Source: an uncultured delta proteobacterium
GTDB taxonomy: Bacteria; Desulfobacterota; Syntrophia; Syntrophales; UBA5619
DNA length: 64,000 bases
NCBI GenBank assembly: GCA_963817385.1
Contig: CAWFOM010000006.1
Span: 192,001 to 256,000 of the forward strand
Reading direction: 5' to 3'
Shown here: in pieces, positions 49,520 to 58,916 of the stretch
How positions within the stretch are numbered: the first letter of the stretch is position 1
Layout: each line of letters opens with the position of its first letter
Made by a program: the position numbers and the translations under genes
Notes under the pieces: model-generated
The model's database searches: none
What the model saw: the letters and a program-made list of their open reading frames with translations, nothing else
What the model was told of the DNA's origin: nothing

Positions 49520-51037
49520 ATGAATGTCGGGGAATGGATTTTCAAGCGCGCCGTGACCTATCCGGAAGGGCCGTTCCTGAAGGAGGAGGGCGAACGCTCC
49601 TTTACGAACCGCGAGTTCAACGAGCGGGTGAACCGGATGGCCTGCGCCCTCGCGGCCTGGGGGGTCGGCAGGGGTGAGCGGATCGCCGTCCTCATGACCA
49701 ATACCTCCGAGTTTCTCGAGATCTTCTTTGCCTGCGCCAAGACGGGGGCCATCATGGCGCCTCTCAACTTCCGCCTGGCCGTGCCGGAGCTGGCCTATAT
49801 CCTCCGGGACTGCGCCCCCCGGGTCCTCGTCTACTCGGCGGACTTCGCCGCCACGGCAGGGAAGTTGAAGGCCCTGCTGCCCGAGCCGGTGCGCTTCGTC
49901 AGGCACGGCGGCGCAGAGGGTGCGGATCCGCTCCTGGCCGAGACCCTGACCACCTTTCCTGCCGCGGAACCCGTCCCCGCGTCGGAAGCGACCCTTGCCG
50001 ACCCGCTCTTTATCATGTACACGTCGGGGACCACGGGGGACCCCAAGGGGGCGGTCCTGACCCACGGCAACGTTCTTTTCGGCTCGATCAACACGGTCGT
50101 GGGCTGCGGCATCAACCGATCCTACCGGTCGCTTGTTGTCGCCCCGCTCTTCCATATCGGCGCCCTCGGCGCATCGGCGCTTCCGATCCTCTATGCCGGC
50201 GGCTCCCTGGTCCTCAAAGGATTCTACAACGCCTCCGAGGTGATCGGGCTTATCGCCCGCGAGCGGATCAATTACATGTTCGCCGTCCCCGTCATGTTTC
50301 AACTTCTGCTGAAGACCAACGAATGGCAGACGGCGGATTTCTCCCACGTCCACTTCTTCATCGCCGGCGGCGCCCCGATGCCGCTGCCGGTCATCCGGAA
50401 GTACCAGGAGGACAAGGGGATCTTTTTCTCCCAGGGGTACGGAATGACGGAGACCTTCCGCCTCACCTCGCTGGATCTCGATGACTCCATCCGGAAGGCC
50501 GGATCGGTCGGCAAAGAGATGCTCCACGTCCTGCTCAGGATCGTGGACGATCAAGGCCAGGACGTAGCGCCGGGCGAATCGGGGGAGATCATCGTCAAGG
50601 GCCCCAACGTCTTTTCCGGGTACTGGAACAAGCCCGCCGAAACGGCCGAGGCGATGCGGGGGGGATGGTTCCATACCGGGGACATGGGGCGCCGCGACGA
50701 GGAGGGATTCATCTTCATCGTCGGCCGGAAGGTGGAGATGATCATCAGCTCCGGCGAGAACATCTACCCGGCGGAGGTGGAGCGGGTCATCCAGGCCCTG
50801 CCGGAGGTCCGCGAGGCGGCCGCCGTCGGGATGCCGGACAGGAAAAAGGGGGAGGTCGTAGCCGTCTTCGTCATGCTCAAGGAGGGGGCCGCGCTCACCG
50901 AAGCGGCGCTCCTCGCGGCCATGCAGGGGAAGATCGCCCCGTTCAAGATCCCCAAGAAGGTGATTTTCGTCGAGGATTTCCCCCGCAATTCGACGGGCAA
51001 GATCCTCAAGAAGGAGCTCAAGGAAAAGATGTCATGA
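49520..51037 (+). CDS. Acyl-CoA synthetase (ANL superfamily, FACL/MenE-like)
   Basis: YTSGTTGDPKG, QGYGMTE, WFHTGD, SSGENIYP, PRNSTGK. Confidence 0.93.
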   Translation: MNVGEWIFKRAVTYPEGPFLKEEGERSFTNREFNERVNRMACALAAWGVGRGERIAVLMTNTSEFLEIFFACAKTGAIMAPLNFRLAVPELAYILRDCAPRVLVYSADFAATAGKLKALLPEPVRFVRHGGAEGADPLLAETLTTFPAAEPVPASEATLADPLFIMYTSGTTGDPKGAVLTHGNVLFGSINTVVGCGINRSYRSLVVAPLFHIGALGASALPILYAGGSLVLKGFYNASEVIGLIARERINYMFAVPVMFQLLLKTNEWQTADFSHVHFFIAGGAPMPLPVIRKYQEDKGIFFSQGYGMTETFRLTSLDLDDSIRKAGSVGKEMLHVLLRIVDDQGQDVAPGESGEIIVKGPNVFSGYWNKPAETAEAMRGGWFHTGDMGRRDEEGFIFIVGRKVEMIISSGENIYPAEVERVIQALPEVREAAAVGMPDRKKGEVVAVFVMLKEGAALTEAALLAAMQGKIAPFKIPKKVIFVEDFPRNSTGKILKKELKEKMS

Positions 51038-51069
51038 ACCAGCTCTGCAGAGAGGCGGGAGGAGAAAAG

Positions 51070-51798
51070 ATGGGCGAACGAAAGACAGCCATTGTCACGG
51101 GCGGCAGCCGCGGGATCGGCCGGGCCATCGCCGTCGAACTGGCCGCGAACGGGTATGATGTCACCATCACGTACAAGTCGAACGAGGCGGCGGCGGAGGA
51201 GACGCTGCGGCTCATCCGGGAGGCCGGTGGGGAAGGGGAGGCCCTCCGGTTCGACGTCGGCGACGCCGCCGAGGCGGAGGAGCGTCTGAACGAACTTCTC
51301 ACCCGCCGGGAGCGGATCGACGCCCTGATCAACAATGCCGGGATCACGGCCGACGGCCTCTTCCTGATGATGTCCCGGAAGGACTGGGACTCCGTGATCG
51401 ACACCTCGCTGGGCGGATTCTACAACATGACCAAGCCGGTCCTCCGCAAGATGCTCCGGAAGAAGTCGGGCGCCATCGTCTCGTTGGCGTCGGTCTCCGC
51501 CCTGATCGGGAACCGCGGGCAGGCGAACTACGCGGCGGCCAAGGCCGGCCTCATCGCCGCCAGCCGCGTCCTGGCCTCGGAGGTGGCCCGTCTCGGCATC
51601 CGGGTGAACGTCGTGGCGCCGGGGCCGATCGAAACCGACATGATCAAGGATTTCCCGTTGGAGCACGTCAAGCAGATGATCCCGATGGGGCGCATCGGCC
51701 GGCCCGAGGAGGTGGCGAAGGTGGTCCGGTTTCTCTGCTCCGACGACGCCTCCTATATCACCGGCCAGGTGATCTCGGTCAACGGGGGGATGTTTTGA
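51070..51798 (+). CDS. fabG: 3-oxoacyl-ACP reductase (FabG/ApeQ-like)
   Basis: TGGSRGIG, NNAG, YAAAK, ISVNGG. Confidence 0.93.
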   Translation: MGERKTAIVTGGSRGIGRAIAVELAANGYDVTITYKSNEAAAEETLRLIREAGGEGEALRFDVGDAAEAEERLNELLTRRERIDALINNAGITADGLFLMMSRKDWDSVIDTSLGGFYNMTKPVLRKMLRKKSGAIVSLASVSALIGNRGQANYAAAKAGLIAASRVLASEVARLGIRVNVVAPGPIETDMIKDFPLEHVKQMIPMGRIGRPEEVAKVVRFLCSDDASYITGQVISVNGGMF

Positions 51799-51824
51799 TC
51801 AGGAGAAGCGGTATCCGAAGCGCT

Positions 51825-52442
51825 ATGCGGCGCCCGGAGGCGGCGCTTTTCGGGTTCATCCTCCTGCTGCCCCTTCTTTTGGCCTGGGCGGATAGTTGGG
51901 AGGGGCTCCGCGACGCTTCCCGCACGATCACCTCGGTCGAGGCGCGGTTCGTCCAGAAAAAAACGCTCCCCATTCTGGCGAAGCCGTTCGTCTCCGGCGG
52001 CCGCTTCACTTTTCAGAAACCCGGGTCGCTCCGCTGGGAATACGACCGGCCCGTCCGGAGCGTCCTGCTGATGCACGCAGGGTCGGTGAAGCGCTACCTC
52101 AGGGAGCGGGACGCCTGGCGCGAGGAAACCGGCGCCTCCCTCACCGCGATGCAGACGGTCCTGGAGGAGATCCTGAACTGGCAGCAGGGCCGCTTCGACG
52201 CCAATCCCCATTTTCAGGCATCGCTGCAAACGGGTTCCGAAACCCGGGTGATCCTTGTCCCGAAGGAGCCCTCCTGGAAGAAGATGATCCGGCGGATCGA
52301 GCTCACCCTTTCGCGCGAGCAGGCGGGTGTCATGAAGAGCGTCCGGGTGGTGGAGGACGAGCGCAGTTTTACCGTGCTCGAATTCGACCAGGTCAAACTC
52401 AACCGACCCCTGCCGGCTTCACTCTTCGAGAAGGTGGAATGA
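51825..52442 (+). CDS. LolA-like periplasmic carrier (ApeL-like)
   Basis: Signal peptide; ARFVQKK.L..L.KP..SGG.F.FQKPG.LRWEY..P. Confidence 0.88.
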   Translation: MRRPEAALFGFILLLPLLLAWADSWEGLRDASRTITSVEARFVQKKTLPILAKPFVSGGRFTFQKPGSLRWEYDRPVRSVLLMHAGSVKRYLRERDAWREETGASLTAMQTVLEEILNWQQGRFDANPHFQASLQTGSETRVILVPKEPSWKKMIRRIELTLSREQAGVMKSVRVVEDERSFTVLEFDQVKLNRPLPASLFEKVE

Positions 52443-53272
52443 ACACGATTCACGGCTGCGCAAAAAGTCCGGATGCTTCGTTGCGCGTCATCCCTCGTCG
52501 TTGCGGCGTACGACACAGTACGCCTCACTCCTCGCGATTCGCGCGCCTTGCCTGCGGGACTTTTTGCGGAGCCGTCCGGTTCAGTGATGCTTTGATGGCC
52601 TGCTCGAACGCGACCCTCCGCTTGCTTGTCCCGTTCCTGGCCACCATCCTGGTCCTCTGCGGGTGCGCGGGACTCCCGCCCCTGAAGCCTCTCGACCCGG
52701 CGATGAAGCCGGCCATTCTGGATGAATGCCGGCAGCCCTTCCTTCCAGCGCAATACCGCCTCGTCCATACCTTGGAGGCCCTCCTCCCTGATGGGGGCAA
52801 GACGACGGCGATCGGCGTCCTGGTCGCCGATCCCCAAAACGGAAACTTCCGGTCGGTTCTGATGACCATCGAGGGATGGGTCCTGTTCGATATCGAGAGC
52901 GGAGCGATCCCGACTGTTCACCGGGCCGTTCCGCCCTTTGATGCTCCTGCCTTTGCCCGGCGGATGGCGGAGGATATCAGCCTGGCGTTTTTACCTCCCG
53001 GCGGGGAGCCGGTGGGTTGGGGGCAGGAGGAGAAGGGCTTCCGCGGCTGCCGTTTCGCACGGCCCGGCGGAGGGTTTGTGGATGTCCTGAAGGACGAAAG
53101 CGGCGTCAGGAAAATTCTCCTTTACGGGACTGGACAAGAGCTCCTGAAAAGAGTAAAGATTCCCCTCCTGGAGAGGCCCGGTCTGGCCGATGAACTGGAG
53201 ATCAGGGGTTGCGGCTGGCCCTCCTATGCGTTGCGCCTGAGGCTCATCGATGCAGAGGCCGTCAAGGATTGA
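52439..53272 (+). CDS. Lipoprotein (DUF3261/LolB-like?) with repeat-derived N-terminal extension
   Basis: ATG overlaps the LolA stop; LVLCGC lipobox near aa 72-77; alternative start 52595. Confidence 0.65.
   Translation: MNTIHGCAKSPDASLRVIPRRCGVRHSTPHSSRFARLACGTFCGAVRFSDALMACSNATLRLLVPFLATILVLCGCAGLPPLKPLDPAMKPAILDECRQPFLPAQYRLVHTLEALLPDGGKTTAIGVLVADPQNGNFRSVLMTIEGWVLFDIESGAIPTVHRAVPPFDAPAFARRMAEDISLAFLPPGGEPVGWGQEEKGFRGCRFARPGGGFVDVLKDESGVRKILLYGTGQELLKRVKIPLLERPGLADELEIRGCGWPSYALRLRLIDAEAVKD
52452..52575 (+). repeat. Palindromic repeat family B, copy 1
   Basis: ACGGCTGCGCAAAAAGTCC ... GGACTTTTTGCGGAGCCGT outer stem; GGCGTAC/GTACGCC inner stem. Confidence 0.85.
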
Positions 53273-53421
53273 CGGCTAGGGAAGAAGTCCCTGTGCGGCA
53301 GCGCTTAGGCTGCATTCTTCCCCGGCTTTCGCCGGGGCAGGCTTGCGGCGTGCGCAAGAGAGTACGGCGCATTCCTCAGGCCATGCGCGCCTTGCCTCGG
53401 GAGCTTTTACCCGAAGCAGTC
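53271..53421 (+). repeat. Palindromic repeat family B, diverged copy 2
   Basis: Shares ACGGCT..AAGTCC, TTGCGGCGT.CG..AGTACG, TCCTC, GCGCGCCTTGCCT with copy 1; extra CCCGGC-TTTC-GCCGGG hairpin. Confidence 0.75.
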
Positions 53422-53497
53422 TTGAGGTCGGCGGCCGGCGTTGGGAGATCGGCACCAGGGACGGCTTTTTGCCGGGGAGCATAAGAGGAACAGTGAG

Positions 53498-54764
53498 ATG
53501 AAATTTAGATTGATCTATCCCCGCTGGAAGAAACTGGACCGGCAGACCGAGTTCCACTTGCCGCCGCACGGTCCGGTGGTCTTCGCCGCCGCCCTTCCCG
53601 CGGAGTGGAAGGTGGAATTCATCGATGAAAACGTCGAGCCCCTCCCTGCGGAGGGCGCCCCCGATGTCGTCGGCATCTCCATGATGCTGACCGGCCAGGT
53701 GAAACGGGGATGGGAGATCGCTGATGAGTACCGCAGCCGGGGCGTTCCGGTGATCTGCGGGGGGATCGGGACGATGCTCCACGCCGAAGAGACGATGAAG
53801 CACGCCGATGCCGTCTTCCTCGGGGAGGCGGAAGGGCGGATGGGGCAGCTCCTCGCGGACTGGCAAAACGGCTGCCTGAAGGCCGTCTACGACTACTTCG
53901 GCGATCATCCGCCGACGGGAGCCATCGGTCCGGCCCGGCGCGATATCCTGAAGAGGGATCTCTACAATTACAAGGGGATCCAAATGGTGGATCTCGTCCA
54001 CGCCTCCCGCGGCTGCCGGTTCAACTGCTATCCCTGCTGCGTGAGCTACCTGGGGGGGCGGCAGTTCCGTCCCCGCCCCGTGGAAACGGTGATCGCGGAG
54101 ATGGCCGCGAATCGACAACAACCGCCTCTTCATCGTGGACAATTCGCTCGCGCAGGACCGCCAGTGGGAGATCGACCTCTTCCGCGAGATGATCCCCCTG
54201 AAGAAGAAGTGGTGCTGCCATCCCATCGAGGAGGACGACGAGGTCCTGGATCTGGCCGCCCAGGCCGGGGCCTGGTACGTCTACCAGGCCGTGTTCGATA
54301 CGTCGGACCACATCCGCCGGCGGATCAAGCGCTATCACGACCACGGCATCGCCGTGGAGGGGACGGTTCTTTTAGGTCTCGACCAGCACACCGAAGACGG
54401 CATCAAGCGGCTCATCGATTTTCTCCTGGAGGTTGAACTGGACCTGGCGGAATTCACCATCCTCACCCCCTTTCCCCATACCCGGACATTCGAGGAGTTC
54501 GAGCGGGAGAAGCGGATCCTGACCTACGACTGGAATGCCTATACGGCCGACCAGGTCGTCTTTCAGCCGCGGCAGATGAGCCCGGAGCGTCTCCAGGAGC
54601 TCTACGCCTACGCCTGGGAGACCTTCTACCGCGACGAGCCCCAGAACTACAAGATGTTCAAGCTCTTTAAAAGGGTCGTGGAAAGGGAGAAGGAGGACGG
54701 GTCTTTCCGGCCCCGGCGGCGGGAGCTGGCGGTCCGCCGGTTCGGCCGCGGGGATGAAGGATGA
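53498..54764 (+). CDS. B12-binding radical SAM protein, +1 frameshift at 54110-54111
   Basis: MKFRLIYP...LPPHG, GEAEG, ASRGCRFNCYPCC; removing one A gives EMAAIDNNRLFIVDNSL joining ORF 54135-54764. Confidence 0.88.
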
Positions 54765-54778
54765 GCATGGGGTTTATT

Positions 54779-54854
54779 GGCGCTCAGACAGTTGCCTTTG
54801 CGGTCGCTCCGCTGCGACGGCAGGGTGCCCCGAAAAACATTAAAATCGCGCTGC
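54779..54854 (+). repeat. Palindromic repeat family A, 3'-half copy
   Basis: GGCGCTCAGACAGTTGCC.TTGCGGTCGCTCCGCTGCG..GGCAGGGTGCCCCGAAAAA...AATCGCGCTGC matches 21618-21694. Confidence 0.88.
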
Positions 54855-54896
54855 ATGATCCCATGTTTCTCAATGAAAATATGTAAAGAGGATGAC

Positions 54897-56450
54897 ATGA
54901 CGAGGAAGGGAAAAGAAGCCAAGGCAGTGACGGTGGGGGAGGGGCCGCTGGATCTGGCCGGGATCATCGCCGTGGCCCGGCGGGGGGCGCCGGTCGTCCT
55001 GAGCGGGAAGGCCGCATTTCACAAGCGGGTCGAGTCGTCCCGCCGGCTCCTCCAGAAGGCCATCGAGGCCGATATCCCGGTCTACGGGGTTACCACGGGG
55101 TACGGGAAGTCGTGCGGGAACCGGCTGAGCAGGAAATCCCTCCCGACAAACGGGGATAACCTCATGCGTTTCCACGGCTGCGGGACGGGGGAGCCGCTCG
55201 GCGGCGATGAGACGCGGGCGGCGATGCTCTGCCGGCTCCTCTGCCTGGCGCGGGGGTATTCGGGGGTCTCCTTTCCCCTTCTTGAACAGTTGACCGCCTT
55301 TCTCAACCTGGGGATCACCCCGGTCATCCCCTCCGAGGGGTCGGTGGGCGCCTCGGGCGATCTCACCCCGCTTTCTTACCTCCTGGCGGCACTTGCCGGG
55401 GAGCGCGAGGTCTTCTACCGGGGGGAACGGATGCCGTCGGCGCGGGCGCTGCGCGAGGCGAAGCTGAAGCCCTACACCTGCCAGCCGAAGGAGCCGCTTG
55501 CCATGGTCAACGGGACCTCCGTCATGACCGGGATCGCGGCCGTCGTCCTCGACAGGACACACCATCTTCTCGAAGCGGCGATTGCCGCCTCCGCCCTGAG
55601 CGTCCACGCCTTTATGGGGAAGGCGCACCATTACCACCCTGCCATCGGGGAGGCGAAACCCTTCCCGGGGCAGATTCACGTCGCTGCGAAATTGCGGGAG
55701 CTCCTGGCGGCCGGAAGATCAGGGGCGGCTCTCGAGGCGGAAGGGCCGGATACCCTGCAGGATCCCTACTCGCTGCGTTGCGCCCCCCAGATCATGGGCG
55801 TCCTGGCCGACGCCCTGGCCTGGATACAGCCATGGGTGGAGATAGAAGCGAACAGCGCCAACGACAACCCCCTCTTTGACCGGTCGGCGGACCATCCCCT
55901 GATGGGGGGAAATTTCTACGGGGGGCACATCGCCTTTGCGATGGACGCCCTGAAATCCGCACTGGCGTCTCTGGCCGACATGGCGGATCGGCAGGTCGCG
56001 CTCCTGGTCAATCCCAACGTGAATAGGGGTCTCCCGGCCGATCTCGTCCGTCTGACCGGGGAGGCCCGGTTTCATCACCACGGGTTCAAGGCCATGTCGA
56101 TTTCCGCCTCCGCCCTGACGGCCGAAGCCCTCAAGGCGACGATGCCGGCCGCCTCCTTCTCCCGTTCGACCGAATCCCACAACCAGGACAAGGTCAGCAT
56201 GGGGACCATCGCCGCCCGCGACGCGGCCCGGATCTGTACCCTCGCGGAGCGGGTCGTGGCCATCCACCTCATGGCCGCCGTCCAGGCCGTTGAGATCCGG
56301 GGACGCGTGGAGGCCCGGCCCTGCCTGGCCTCGCTGGTGAAGAAGATCCGCCTTCTGGTTGGACCGACCTTCGAGGACCGTCCCATGGATGCCGACATCG
56401 AGGCCCTGGCTGAGCGGATATCGACCACGGGTTTCCCGGGGGAGGGCTGA
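54897..56450 (+). CDS. MIO-dependent aromatic amino acid ammonia-lyase (HAL/PAL/TAL family)
   Basis: YGVTTGYG, GSVGASGDL (MIO), NGT, QDPYSLRC, NDNP, GGNFYG, NQDKVSMG. Confidence 0.93.
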   Translation: MTRKGKEAKAVTVGEGPLDLAGIIAVARRGAPVVLSGKAAFHKRVESSRRLLQKAIEADIPVYGVTTGYGKSCGNRLSRKSLPTNGDNLMRFHGCGTGEPLGGDETRAAMLCRLLCLARGYSGVSFPLLEQLTAFLNLGITPVIPSEGSVGASGDLTPLSYLLAALAGEREVFYRGERMPSARALREAKLKPYTCQPKEPLAMVNGTSVMTGIAAVVLDRTHHLLEAAIAASALSVHAFMGKAHHYHPAIGEAKPFPGQIHVAAKLRELLAAGRSGAALEAEGPDTLQDPYSLRCAPQIMGVLADALAWIQPWVEIEANSANDNPLFDRSADHPLMGGNFYGGHIAFAMDALKSALASLADMADRQVALLVNPNVNRGLPADLVRLTGEARFHHHGFKAMSISASALTAEALKATMPAASFSRSTESHNQDKVSMGTIAARDAARICTLAERVVAIHLMAAVQAVEIRGRVEARPCLASLVKKIRLLVGPTFEDRPMDADIEALAERISTTGFPGEG

Positions 56451-56869
56451 TGGAAACGCCGAAACGACCGAGTTACGAGGTAACGCTCAAGGTGCCCTTT
56501 TACGATCTCGACCCGATGCAGATCGTCTGGCATGGGAACTATCTCAAGTATTTCGATATCGCCCGTTCGGAGCTTTTCGACCACCTGGGCGTGGACCTCT
56601 TCGCCTTTCATGACCGGACCCGCTATATCTTCCCGATCATCCGCACCGCCGTCAAACACATCCGTCCGCTGAAGCGCGGCGATGAGTTCGTCTGCCGGGC
56701 GACGGTGAAGGAGGCCCGTACCAAGATCGTCGTAATCTTTGAGATCCGTCTCGTCAAAGATGGGACGCTCTGCGCCCGGGGATCAACGGAACAGGTGGCC
56801 GTCCGGGAACCGGAAATGGAGATGGAATTCACGATCCCGGAGGAGATCAGCCGGGCCCTGGGGTTCTGA
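56450..56869 (+). CDS. Thioesterase (4HBT/YbgC, ApeK-like)
   Basis: VPFYDLDPMQIVWHGNYLKYFD.AR. Confidence 0.9.
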   Translation: METPKRPSYEVTLKVPFYDLDPMQIVWHGNYLKYFDIARSELFDHLGVDLFAFHDRTRYIFPIIRTAVKHIRPLKRGDEFVCRATVKEARTKIVVIFEIRLVKDGTLCARGSTEQVAVREPEMEMEFTIPEEISRALGF

Positions 56870-56870
56870 C

Positions 56871-58589
56871 ATGGATGCGCCTTTCGCACCGGCCCTGATC
56901 ACCGGCGTCGAGCGCGTCACCGCCTGGGCGGACCTCCTGGACGAAATCAACGTCTTTCCCGTGGCCGACGGCGATACGGGTCGGAACCTTGTCATCAGCC
57001 TCGCACCCCTCCGTCGGATCGCCCTGGGTCGGGAACAGACCGTCCGGGAGCTTCTCCTTTCGGCGCGGGGGAACTCGGGCAACATCGCCGCCCAGTTCTT
57101 TTCCGGCCTCCTCATGGCCGATGCTATCGAGAACATGGCTGCTGCGATTCGGCAGGGCCGGGACCGGGCGTGGCGGGCGGTCCACGACCCAAAGCCCGGC
57201 ACGATGCTGACGGTCTTCGACGCCCTCGTCGCGGCTATGGAAGAGAAGCCGATGGCGTATGATGCCGGGTGGCGGGAACGGGTCGTCGGGCGACTGGAAG
57301 ACGCCGTCCGCTCCACCCCGGAGCTTCTCCCCCGACTCAAGACCGCCGGCGTCGTCGATGCCGGGGCCCTCGGGGCCTTCATCTTTCTGGACGGGTTTTT
57401 CGCATCGCTCGTGGGAACGGGCGACGCGCTTCGGCCGATCACCGAGATCTTTCAGGATCATCTCAAGATCTCCCCGGCCTTCCGGGAGGAAGGCGAAACG
57501 GGGTACTGCATCGACACGGTGCTGGAGATCGGCGGGGATGACGCGGATACGGCACGGCGGCTCGCCGCCGTCGGGGATAGCGTCGTTGTCCTTCGGGACG
57601 GGGGGTTTCTCAAGGTCCACCTCCATGCGACGGACGGGGAGAAGGTCAGGAGCGATCTCGCGGCCCTGGGGGAGGTTCTCCGGTGGTCCGCCGATGACCT
57701 GGACGCCCAGGTCCATGCCTTCCGCAAGCGGCCAGTCGACCGGGCGCTGCACATCATGACGGACGCCGCGGGCTCCGTGAACCGCGAACACGCGGCGGAA
57801 TTGGGGATCACTCTCCTTTCGAGCTATATCTCCATCGGGGAGCGATCGCTTCCCGAGACCCATCTCGCCCCGGAGGAGCTCTACACGGCGATGCGCCAAG
57901 GCGTCAAGGTTTCCACCTCCCAGGCCTCGCTCTTCGAGCGCCATGAGTGCTATCGGAGCGTCCTGAACCGCCATCCCCGGGTCCTCTACCTCTCCGTCGG
58001 TTCCGTCTTCACCGGGAACTTTGCTGCAGCGACCGACTGGAAAAGGGATCACGATCCGGAGGATCGCTTTACCGTCCTCGATACCGGGGCGGCCTCGGGG
58101 CGTTTGGGGCTTCTGGCCGTTGCCGTCGCCCGTTTCGCCCGCGACGCGCGGGACGCCGAGGCGGTGATCGGTTTCGCCCGAGCCGGCGTGGAGCAGTGCG
58201 ACGAGTATGTCTTCCTCGATAAGCTCCAGTACCTGGCGGCCGGCGGGCGCCTCTCCAAGAGCGGCGCCTTCTTCGGCGACATGCTCCATATGAAACCGAT
58301 CATTTCTCCCCAGGCGGACGGGGCCAGGAAAGTGGGAGTCGTCCGGGATCGGGCCGGGCAGCTGCGGTTCGCCCTGGAAAAGCTGGAAGAGGCGTTGAAA
58401 GGGGAGGGGAGGGCCCTCATCATGCTCGAGTACACCGACAACGCCCCCTGGGTCATCGAAACGGTGCGGCCCGAGATCGCGCGGCGGTATCCGAAGGCGG
58501 AGATCCTCCTCCATCCCATGTCCCTGACCTCAGGGGCGCACATGGGACCGGGGACGTGGGCGGTGGCTTTTCTGCCGGCCGGAGAGTAA
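56871..58589 (+). CDS. DAK2-DegV fusion (fatty acid kinase FakA-FakB-like)
   Basis: INVFPVADGDTG.N, ARGNSG, GVVDAG, GYC...KVHLH (FakA-like); TD, TSQ, GGR, HMGPG (DegV/FakB). Confidence 0.88.
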   Translation: MDAPFAPALITGVERVTAWADLLDEINVFPVADGDTGRNLVISLAPLRRIALGREQTVRELLLSARGNSGNIAAQFFSGLLMADAIENMAAAIRQGRDRAWRAVHDPKPGTMLTVFDALVAAMEEKPMAYDAGWRERVVGRLEDAVRSTPELLPRLKTAGVVDAGALGAFIFLDGFFASLVGTGDALRPITEIFQDHLKISPAFREEGETGYCIDTVLEIGGDDADTARRLAAVGDSVVVLRDGGFLKVHLHATDGEKVRSDLAALGEVLRWSADDLDAQVHAFRKRPVDRALHIMTDAAGSVNREHAAELGITLLSSYISIGERSLPETHLAPEELYTAMRQGVKVSTSQASLFERHECYRSVLNRHPRVLYLSVGSVFTGNFAAATDWKRDHDPEDRFTVLDTGAASGRLGLLAVAVARFARDARDAEAVIGFARAGVEQCDEYVFLDKLQYLAAGGRLSKSGAFFGDMLHMKPIISPQADGARKVGVVRDRAGQLRFALEKLEEALKGEGRALIMLEYTDNAPWVIETVRPEIARRYPKAEILLHPMSLTSGAHMGPGTWAVAFLPAGE

Positions 58590-58648
58590 AAGGGAGTTGT
58601 CGGGCCATGAAAGAGCATGTCAAATTGATACCTCAAGAAGGCAATGTT

Positions 58649-58822
58649 GGAAAACAGATCCCTCCGCGCTCAGGATCTTTTTCCGACCCTGCACCTCCTC
58701 GCTGCGCTGCAAGGCAAAACTCGCGCTAAAGCGCTCAGACAGTTGCCTTTGCGGGCGCTCCGCTCGTGGGGCAGGGTACCCCGGAAAAATTTCCAAATCG
58801 CGTTTCCGGGATCAGGTTTTCC
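58649..58822 (+). repeat. Palindromic repeat family A, full copy 3
   Basis: Aligns end to end with 21533-21711, with compensatory changes. Confidence 0.9.
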
Positions 58823-58916
58823 CCCTGCCACGTCATGCGCCGGTGATTTTGAAAAAGAAGGGCAGATACCTATTTTCGGGATCCGATTCCCCGTCGCGCA
58901 GGACTCTGAGGACCTT

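Noticed and set aside
50665..51069. Long N-terminal extensions of FabG (also PlsC from 37482, DH from 23345, lipoprotein from 51896)
   Set aside because: They overlap upstream genes in another frame; downstream starts with RBS or coupling fit the family lengths.
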